Origin: Vicinamibacterales bacterium
Lineage (GTDB): Bacteria; Acidobacteriota; Vicinamibacteria; Vicinamibacterales; UBA8438
Assembly (NCBI GenBank): GCA_965262925.1
Contig: CBDHGC010000004.1
Span: 6,481,112-6,545,111 of the forward strand
Direction: 5' to 3'
Length of the DNA: 64,000 nucleotides
In this document: positions 1-7,181 of the stretch, piece after piece
Layout of the letters: each line of letters starts with the position of its first letter
Numbering within the stretch: position 1 is the stretch's first letter
The notes under the pieces: model-generated
What the model was told of the DNA's origin: nothing
The model's database searches: none
Seen by the model: the letters and a program-made list of their open reading frames with translations, nothing else
Program-made: the position numbers and the translations under genes

Positions 1-85
1 TCAAAGAGTGGACCATCCTCCGGCCCGTCGGGTTCAGCCAGTCGGCAAGTCTCCTCGGTCGCTGATGTTGGGGTCTTTCACTCAT
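1..85 (-). CDS. First 28 codons of the retroelement ORF (putative RT/maturase), partial
   Basis: ATG at 85-83 lies 8 nt after GAGGTGG. Translation is MSERPQHQRPRRLADWLNPTGRRMVHSL..., still open at the window edge. Too short to confirm an RT domain. Confidence 0.3.
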   Translation of the reverse strand, partial: MSERPQHQRPRRLADWLNPTGRRMVHSL

Positions 86-1136
86 GGAACTGTCCACCTC
101 AGCGCCCTTGCTCATCTCACCGTCCTGTCTGGTCCCGACCGTCTTCGCCGGCCGCCTTCCCCAACCCACTCGGTTGCCGCCCCCTGACGGTCACGCGGCT
201 TTCACCGCGCTTCAGGTACTATTCGGCCGTCCGACTCCTCGACGAGCATCCCTTCCCACTTCGCTCTCGCTTATAGGGTCAGTTGCCGCGGCGCCACCCG
301 CGGACCCGCCGAGGTCTCCCAGGGTCACGCACTGGTCTTCCATACCGTGCCGCCCGCAAACACCTTGGTGCGGTGGGTGGATGAGATCGCCTTCGCCTCT
401 GTAGTGCAGGCTCGACCTTGCCCCACCTTTGGCCGACCGGTTCGTCATGGGGTCGCCCCCTCGACTACGGCCCGGTACTGCTCCGCAAACCCTTCGGACC
501 CCACCTCACGGTGGGCGCCCTGTCCTCCGCAGTTCCGTCGTGGCGGCTCCAGGTCCACCTTGGCTGTGTCCGGCTTTCGCCTGCGTGCCCGTGTAGGTGT
601 CTCCATACCTGCCACCTGCGGCCGGCGAGGCATTACCCCCGCCTTTGGATACGGCCCCCCTCATCCGGGGGCCGGAGGGACTTCAACCCTCCTGACCAGT
701 GCGCTGCCTGGCGCACACTACGGGCCTCTCCGCCACCCTCGCCGGCCCGACCTGACCCTCACGGGCTGTCGGTTGGCACCGTGCCACGCCGCCGGCAGGG
801 CTTCCCGTGTTGCGTCCATTCCCCTCTTCCATGCGTGCCGCCGCCAATACCCCGGCGGAACCGGCCGGTGCTTCCGTCGCTCGCTTCCCGGCCCGTGGCA
901 GCCTTCCCCGTATTGTGGGCGGGTCGGCTTCCGCATTCGACGTTTCGAGGCCTGCTCGGCGTTCACTCGCGTTGCGGCCCGCATGGTCGCTGAGCCGCCC
1001 AATGGCGACCCGTGTCGTCGGAGTGCTTCAGGCGATGTCGTTGCCTCCATCGTCCGCTCCGACTGCTACCGGCTGGAACGACAGTTGCCGGGCGGGATTC
1101 GCACCCGCTGAGGAATGGCGCCTTCGCACGGCGCAC
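1..1136 (-). mobile_element. Group II intron-like retroelement, 5' part (ribozyme domains plus first codons of the intron-encoded ORF); continues beyond window start
   Basis: About 1 kb has no credible ORF. The minus strand is GC-rich with many GNRA-capped hairpins (GCGAAAGC, GGTGAAAGCC). GTGCG motifs (group II 5' consensus GUGYG) lie at 1136 and 716. A Shine-Dalgarno (GAGGTGG) plus ATG at 85 opens an ORF that leaves the window. The element interrupts the LuxR HTH reading frame at ~1137-1150. Domains V/VI and the RT body are off-window, so class and identity are unverified. Confidence 0.5.
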
Positions 1137-1891
1137 CACAATGATGTCGTGCACCCCTTGCTGACGCCCGCCTTGCGGTAGATGTTCTTCAGGTGGTAGC
1201 GGACCCCCTCGTACGAGATGCCCAGGCGACCGCCTATCTCCTTGCCCCGCAGACCGCGTGCCGCCTCCGACAGCACGTCCAGCTCGCGCCTCGAGAAGAG
1301 TTGCCGGTCGCTGGCCGAGTCGATGCTGACGACAATGCCTTCTCGCGGTTCCGCTCGAGATCGAGCTCGATCAGCAGCACGTCGGTGCTCACCGTGAGGC
1401 AGGGATTGGAGGAGAAGAACTTCCGGACTCCCCGCCGCGCCCGGCGGTATCTTCGGCCGGCCTCCTCCACACGTCCCTGCGCCATGGCCGCCATACCCAG
1501 GCAGGTATCGACGAAGACCTCTCCGAACCGCGTGTCCTCGGTAGAGCAGGCCTGCGCCTGCAGACCGTGCCGGCGGCTCTCCTCGAATCGGGCGCGCTCG
1601 TAACACGCGACGCACAGCAGGGTGTGCCGGGCACAGGCCAGCGTCCGGCACATCCGCCAGCACCGTCGTCTTGCCGAATCCGGCGGGTGCCTGCAACACC
1701 GTCAGCCGCCGTTCCAGCACCCCCTCGAGGCGCTGCAGCAACGATGCACGGCTGACGTATCCTGCGGGCAACTCCGGCGCCAGCACCTTCTGCTGCAGCA
1801 GCCAGGACCCGCCGCTCGGCGCCGAGACGCCAGGACCGCCCGACCTGCGGAGACCGAACGTCACCTTGGATGGAGATGGCTGGGGGCGCAT
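1137..1891 (-). pseudogene. LuxR/MalT-family regulator remnant
   Basis: Three pieces lie in different frames: a P-loop N-terminus (LTVLQAPAGFGKTTVLADV), a TPR-like piece (frame of ORF 1234-1653) and a LuxR HTH (LSRRELDVLSEAARGLRGKEIGGRLGISYEGVRYHLKNIYRKAGVS). Only ~250 of the ~900 aa expected remain. The HTH is cut right after KAGVSKG by the retroelement. Confidence 0.6.
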
Positions 1892-2157
1892 GAACGCCAA
1901 GAAGCTCCTGCTACCTTGAGTTCCTGCTCGTTGGCAACCATGAACGACATAATCGCAGCGCGCAACCCTACTACGAAACGCAGCACGGGCGCGACGGCAA
2001 AATTCCTCATGCCTCACGCTAGCAGAGCCTGGGACCTTGGCGCTCTCGCTAAATTCCTCTACGCTGAGCACTGAATGAGAGAAGGCCTTGCATGGTCGGA
2101 ACCGCCTGCTCGGCATGCGCGATTTGCCAAGTTTGGCCTCCATACTCTTTGCAGACG

Positions 2158-3099
2158 ATGTCTCTTCCTGATTTTCCACCCCTCAACGCGCTGCGCTTCT
2201 TCGAGGCGGCCGCGCGCCACGGCAGCTTCGCTGCGGCTGCTCGGGAGTTGCGCGTCACGCCAGCCTCCGTTTCGTATCGCGTCAAGACCGTCGAGAGACA
2301 TCTTGGAACGACCCTGTTCTTGCGATTCGCACACGGCGTGCGTCTGAACCCGCAGGGCAAAGCCTATCTGAAGGATATCCAACGCATCTTCGCGGATTTC
2401 AATCACGCGACCGAGCGCCACCGCCACCGCCGCAAGACGCCGCTTCTGAAACTGGTTGCTATCGAGGTGGTTGCCGAGAAATGGTTGATGCCGCAGCTTG
2501 CCCATTTCAAGACCCTGCACCCCGACATCGCCATCGAGTTCGAAGTCGACCACGGCGACGTCGACCCCGATCGGCGGGATTTCGACGTTTGGATAGCCTT
2601 TGCCGACGAGGTACCCGACACGGTTCATTCGGAGAAGCTGCTCGAGGAGACACTGTTTCCCGTCTGCAGTCCGAGCCTGCTCCAGGCCCGGGGCCGGCCC
2701 CGGAAACCAAAGGATTTACATGCCTGGCCGCTCGTTTACGACCTTCACTGGACCACCGACTGGTCCCACTGGTTCGCTCATCACGGCGTGGCATCCGCGG
2801 ACTTGTCTGAGGCCTCCGGGTTTCGTCTCTACACGATGGTCGTTCAGGCTGCGCTCGACGGTATCGGCGTGGCTCTCGGCCACTCATTGATGATCGCCCG
2901 CGAGCTGGAACAGGGAACACTTGTCACGCTGTTCGACTCTCCGGTCGCCGCACCCGCCCCGTATTTGCTCGTGACCGCTGAGGCCTCCCGCGAGAAACCG
3001 CAGGTCGTGGCGTTCCGCAACTGGATCTTCCGTCAAGCGTCCTCGAAGACGCTCGATTTCCATACAGGGCCGATAGCACCGGTGACGCGACATGTCTGA
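2158..3099 (+). CDS. LysR-family transcriptional regulator (GcvA/AmpR-like)
   Basis: N-terminal wHTH LNALRFFEAAARHGSFAAAARELRVTPASVSYRVKTVE followed by a LysR substrate-binding domain. ATG 2158 is preferred to the upstream ORF start at 2092. Confidence 0.9.
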   Translation: MSLPDFPPLNALRFFEAAARHGSFAAAARELRVTPASVSYRVKTVERHLGTTLFLRFAHGVRLNPQGKAYLKDIQRIFADFNHATERHRHRRKTPLLKLVAIEVVAEKWLMPQLAHFKTLHPDIAIEFEVDHGDVDPDRRDFDVWIAFADEVPDTVHSEKLLEETLFPVCSPSLLQARGRPRKPKDLHAWPLVYDLHWTTDWSHWFAHHGVASADLSEASGFRLYTMVVQAALDGIGVALGHSLMIARELEQGTLVTLFDSPVAAPAPYLLVTAEASREKPQVVAFRNWIFRQASSKTLDFHTGPIAPVTRHV

Positions 3100-3179
3100 G
3101 TGGTTCTGTCCGAGTCCAGGCAGATCGATGCCGCCGCGAACGCCCACCGCGCGCTCATGCATCCCCTCATTTTGCAGCA

Positions 3180-3362
3180 TCAGATCACGCCGAAAACCTC
3201 CCGATACACCCGCTGTTCCATGAGCATGCTTCCGAACGTCTCCATCAACGGACGAATCCGATCCTCGGGCCAATTGGGGAGATGGTGGTACAGCATCAGC
3301 CCCTGCCGAAACAGCGAATGCGTCCGCCGCTTCACCGTGTTCGCCTTCAACCAGCGGTCATA
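3180..3362 (-). pseudogene. 3'-terminal remnant of an unidentified gene, truncated at the AT-rich IS flank
   Basis: Open frame without a start: YDRWLKANTVKRRTHSLFRQGLMLYHHLPNWPEDRIRPLMETFGSMLMEQRVYREVFGVI*. It begins directly after a stop at the GC/AT composition break at ~3363. Family not recognised. Confidence 0.25.
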
Positions 3363-3415
3363 TTAATAGGGTCATTGGTTGCCTGACAGCATACAGGTAA
3401 TTTCCGGTTTGATTT

Positions 3416-4573
3416 CCTCATATTTCGGCATACTGTGAGGTCAGGATACTTATTTCCAGCTTAATAACCGATGCGCTCGCCAGCCGCACCCAGCAACGAC
3501 AGAACGGCGATCGCCAACGCGCTGATCAACAACAGACGGTCCCGCCGGTCCGGGCGCGAAACATGCATCGACGAGAGTCCCATCCCGAAGCGCATGTCCT
3601 TGATGTCCCGAAAGCCCGCCTCAATCCCCCAGCGCTTGCCGTAGTACCGAATCAGGACCCGCGTCGGGACTGTCGCTTCGCTGGCCACCAGGCACCACGG
3701 TTCGTCCATCTTCGGATCCTGTACGCACACGACCACGCCGACCGGCAGCTCGTACGCGTCGGTCACCCGAGCACCCACCAACCGCCGCGCACGCCCCTTG
3801 TCGCCGACCCACGCGGCGGCCGCTCGCCGCTCGCCGCGCGCATTCGTCACATAGATGTCTCCACGCAGCCGAATCACGTATTCGAAGGCCAGCTCCGTCG
3901 TCAACGCGTAGAACAGCTTGCAATCCGCAAAGCCCCGGTCCGCCACGACGGTGACTTTCACCCCGGCCGGCAGCACCTCCCGCAACCGGCACAGCACCTC
4001 GTACTCATAGCGCCGCTGATTACCCTTCAGCGTCGAGGACGCCACCGTCTTCCACAGCAGGGGCGTCGCGCGCCCATGGCCAGTCACCATCGACAGCACG
4101 ATCGTGTCCTGCCCGTCGGCCGCAAAGCTGGTCCAATCCAGCGCAACGATCACCTCCGTGCGGGCGCCGACGATGAACGGCGTCCAGTATGCGAAAAAGG
4201 TCCAGACGTCGACGCCTCGATTGCTCAGGAGCCGATCCACCTGCTTCACACCATGCTTGGTCAACGTACCCAGGGCCTGGGCCAAGCCGCGGCCCACTGC
4301 ATGGATTGCCAGCGAAGCGCTCGTCAGCACGCCCAGGGTGGCGTTGGCCAACGACAGCACCCGTTTGGCATGCAGGTCGCCTTCATACAAGGTGGCGATG
4401 AAGTTCAGGAGGTCGTGTCTCCGGAGCGATTGCCCGGATGAGGCCGGCAGATCTTGATGTAGATGCATGCAATATTATTCTAATTCAAAGTGCGCCACCT
4501 TGCAAACTTTTCTAATGCGAGATGTCTGTTCAAGAAGGGTTTCTTCTTATTGATTTCATATGGCAAAATGAGG
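3416..4573 (-). mobile_element. IS4-family insertion sequence (approximate ends)
   Basis: AT-rich flanks contrast with the GC-rich surroundings. Imperfect terminal inverted repeat: CCTCATATTTCGGCATA (3416-3432) versus the reverse complement of CATATGGCAAAATGAGG (4557-4573). Encloses one DDE transposase gene. No clear target duplication seen. Confidence 0.55.
3461..4468 (-). CDS. IS4-family DDE transposase
   Basis: DDE signature VALDWTSF ... VVADRGF ... YGKRWGIEAGFRDIKD, matching the IS4 Y-x2-R-x3-E-x6-K motif. 335 aa. Confidence 0.85.
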   Translation of the reverse strand: MHLHQDLPASSGQSLRRHDLLNFIATLYEGDLHAKRVLSLANATLGVLTSASLAIHAVGRGLAQALGTLTKHGVKQVDRLLSNRGVDVWTFFAYWTPFIVGARTEVIVALDWTSFAADGQDTIVLSMVTGHGRATPLLWKTVASSTLKGNQRRYEYEVLCRLREVLPAGVKVTVVADRGFADCKLFYALTTELAFEYVIRLRGDIYVTNARGERRAAAAWVGDKGRARRLVGARVTDAYELPVGVVVCVQDPKMDEPWCLVASEATVPTRVLIRYYGKRWGIEAGFRDIKDMRFGMGLSSMHVSRPDRRDRLLLISALAIAVLSLLGAAGERIGY

Positions 4574-4996
4574 GGATCTCTGAGCACCGCGCGAGCGCAT
4601 GGCGCGTCACGTTGGCGACACGGAGCTTGGCGAGACCGGGCGTCGATTCTGCGGCGGTCTCACGCGCCGGGCAGTGAAGTTGGATCGCCCCCCGCCGTCT
4701 TGCGCGCGGGATACGGAATCTCTACAGTTCGGGTATGACCCGAACCGAGGAATGGGTCGCTTTCGGCACTCTCGCCCTGACGATCATCGGGGCCGTGCGG
4801 AAGTGTCGGGCGTGGACGGCGAGCCCGGCCGCGTCCCACAGGTGATTCTGGCGCCCCTCGATTTACTTCCACCGGAGTTTCCCGCGGTCGATGAAGAGGC
4901 CTGTTGCCGAGCTGCGAAGTTCTGAAGGAAACTGGACTCCGGTCGACCGCAAGATGTTGTGGTTACCGGCGGCATCGTCAAGCCAACAGCGTGCGC

Positions 4997-5080
4997 GTGC
5001 GCGGAGCCGGCGTCAAGGCGCGTCGCTTCGCTCCGCCCCCGCTCCGCGGGGCTGACGGCCCTGACGCCGGCTCCGCGCAC
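4997..5080. repeat. Perfect 19-bp inverted repeat with nested hairpin (REP/MITE-like or terminator-like)
   Basis: GTGCGCGGAGCCGGCGTCA (4997-5015) and its exact reverse complement TGACGCCGGCTCCGCGCAC (5062-5080), 46 nt apart. Inner hairpin CCCCGC-TCC-GCGGGG. Confidence 0.6.
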
Positions 5081-5346
5081 GCTCGTCCAGACTGGCTCTT
5101 GCTGACGATGCCCACTCATACGCCCCCTACATGTTGTGGTCGCCCGTCCTGTCCAGGATGACACGCTTTCCGGAGACCGTTGACAAGGCCTTCTGAGGCG
5201 CACATCTCGCCGATCTCCGACCGGGTGCGTCTCTCGCCCCGGATCATCATCGACCGGCAGCGTACCACGTCGCAGGCGTGCTCGAAATCCACCCGGAGCC
5301 CGCCCAGGAGCCAAGAAAACCGCTTAGAGCGGCAGTTTCTGGACCG

Positions 5347-7085
5347 CCTAGCCCGGAAAATTCGTGGCGTGTTCTGATTCCGGTACAGACACAAGAGCCC
5401 CCGTGTGGTACAAGTGCAGTGTTAACAACCACTTGCGCCACCACGGAGGCCCTTGCGTGACGACCGACACTGTACCACAGACTGTTCTGTTCCCGGATCT
5501 GTTTGACAAGCCGCTGTTCGCCCAGTTCAACCAGGAGCAGGCCAGTTCCGACGGCGGGGCGATCCTGCTGAAGGCCGCCGAGCGCATCTACGGCCTGGTC
5601 AAGGCGTTCGCCGGGTGTCTGTTCGACAAGCGGGCGCCGGACAAGACCCGGCACTCGCTCGCGGACCTGATCGGCCAGCGCATCTTTGGCATCGCCTGCG
5701 GCCATCCCGACTGCAATGATGGCGACCGTCTCGCCGACGACCCCATCCACAAGCTGCTGCTCGACAGAGACCCGGTTTCGGGCGAGCGCCTGGCGTCGCA
5801 GCCGACGCTGTCGCGGTTCGAGAACGCGGTCAACGGCTGCGCGCTCTACCGCATGGCGGACGAGTTGGCCACGCGGGTCATCGCGCGGCATCGCCGCCGC
5901 CTGGACGGGCGGGCGCGGTGCATCACGATCGATCTGGACCCGACGGACGACCCGACGCACGGGGCGCAGCAGTACACGCTCTTCAACGGCTACTACGACA
6001 ACTGGTGCTACCTGCCGCTGCTTGGCTTCCTGACCTTCGACCGCGAATCCGAGCAGTATCTGTGCGCGGCGCTGTTGCGGCACGGCAAGGCGGTCGCCTC
6101 GGAGGGGACGGTCGGGCTGTTGTCGCGGTTGCTGCCGCGGCTGCGCCGGGCGTTTCCGCGGGCGCGCATTCTCGTTCGGCTCGACGGAGGCTTTGCCAGC
6201 CCGGCGGTCTTTGCCTTCCTGGAGGCGCAGCCGCGGCTCGATTACGTGATCGCGATGGCGAAGAACGCGGTGTTGGAGCGGTACGCCGAGCCGGCCATGC
6301 TGGTGGCGCGGGCGCGGACGTGGCGCAGCGAACAGACCGAGCACGTCTACACCGAGACCAACGAGTACCAGGCCGGCACGTGGAACCACGCGCGCCGCGT
6401 GGTGATCAAGGCCGAAGTCGTCCGCCACCGAGACCGCGAGCCGCGGGACAATCCGCGCTTCGTCGTGACCAACATGCGGCAGACGCCGCGTTTCCTCTAC
6501 GAGAAGGTCTACTGCGCCCGCGGGGACGCCGAGAACCGGATCAAGGAACTGAAGGCCCTACAGATCGACCGCACGAGTTGCCAGGCGTTTTCGGCGAATC
6601 AGTTGCGCGTCCTGCTGACGGCGGCGGCCTACGTGCTGATGCAGGAGTTGCGGCTGCGCGCCGCAGACACCGCGTGCGCCCGCGCGCAGGTGCCTTGGCT
6701 GCGCGACCGGCTGCTGAAGCTCGGCGTCCAGGTGGTGTGCTCGGTGCGTCGCATCGTCCTGCGCCTGCCGCGCGCGACACCGGACCTGGCGGCGTGGCGA
6801 CACATTGCGTTCGCGCTCGGGGCGCGCGCCGGATAGCCGCTCAACGAGCATCGCATCGCTGCCGGCCGGAGGGCTGTCAACCGCCTGACGGGTGGAACTG
6901 TCGTTGCCCGCCTCTTGCCGCCCTCATCACTACGGCGGTCGGCCGCTTGACCACACCATCACCCGCGGTCGGCGACGTTCGAAGGGCCGCCCACCCGTCG
7001 ATCACCCTCTACCGGTGACCGAATCGGGTGCTGTCACCTCCTGCCGGTGACCGCGGCGGGGTCGCCGTGAATAATCCAGGCTAGA
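5347..7085 (+). mobile_element. IS1380-family insertion sequence
   Basis: Terminal inverted repeats CTAGCCCGGAAAATTCGTGGCG (5348-5369) and the reverse complement of CGCCGTGAATAATCCAGGCTAG (7063-7084) match at 17/22. Size ~1.74 kb fits the family. Single transposase gene. Confidence 0.75.
5457..6836 (+). CDS. IS1380-family (DDE group 1) transposase
   Basis: Family-typical blocks: DGGAILL, QPTLSRFEN, IDLDPTDDPTHGAQQ...FNGYY, VRLDGGFASP, YCARGDAENRIKELK. GTG 5457 gives the usual N-terminus (TTDTVPQTVLFPD); the ORF track also allows 5364. Confidence 0.85.
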   Translation: MTTDTVPQTVLFPDLFDKPLFAQFNQEQASSDGGAILLKAAERIYGLVKAFAGCLFDKRAPDKTRHSLADLIGQRIFGIACGHPDCNDGDRLADDPIHKLLLDRDPVSGERLASQPTLSRFENAVNGCALYRMADELATRVIARHRRRLDGRARCITIDLDPTDDPTHGAQQYTLFNGYYDNWCYLPLLGFLTFDRESEQYLCAALLRHGKAVASEGTVGLLSRLLPRLRRAFPRARILVRLDGGFASPAVFAFLEAQPRLDYVIAMAKNAVLERYAEPAMLVARARTWRSEQTEHVYTETNEYQAGTWNHARRVVIKAEVVRHRDREPRDNPRFVVTNMRQTPRFLYEKVYCARGDAENRIKELKALQIDRTSCQAFSANQLRVLLTAAAYVLMQELRLRAADTACARAQVPWLRDRLLKLGVQVVCSVRRIVLRLPRATPDLAAWRHIAFALGARAG

Positions 7086-7181
7086 GGGCGAAAGTCTCCC
7101 GATCAGCAGCGGATCGGCCGATCCGGCCAATGCGCACGAGCCTGGATTCCGCCCGCGCCGCGAATCTGCTGCCGCCTAGCT

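Noticed and set aside
1-1136. ORF-free, highly structured GC-rich kilobase considered as rRNA, RNase P RNA or tmRNA
   Set aside because: None of the universally conserved rRNA, RNase P (GAGGAAAGUCCGGGC) or tmRNA motifs could be found. The GUGYG starts, GNRA hairpins and a downstream RBS+ORF fit a group II intron better.
4735-4845. 36-codon hydrophobic ORF (MTRTEEWVAFGTLALTIIGAVRKC...) as a possible type I toxin
   Set aside because: It has no RBS and no antisense-RNA-like structure. It lies in remnant DNA between two IS elements and cannot be told from chance.
5247-6428. 393-aa minus-strand ORF, and the minus-strand ORFs 7229-8697
   Set aside because: They are antisense to the IS1380 and Tn5-like transposase genes. 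The composition is low-complexity and Arg/Pro-rich, with no motifs.
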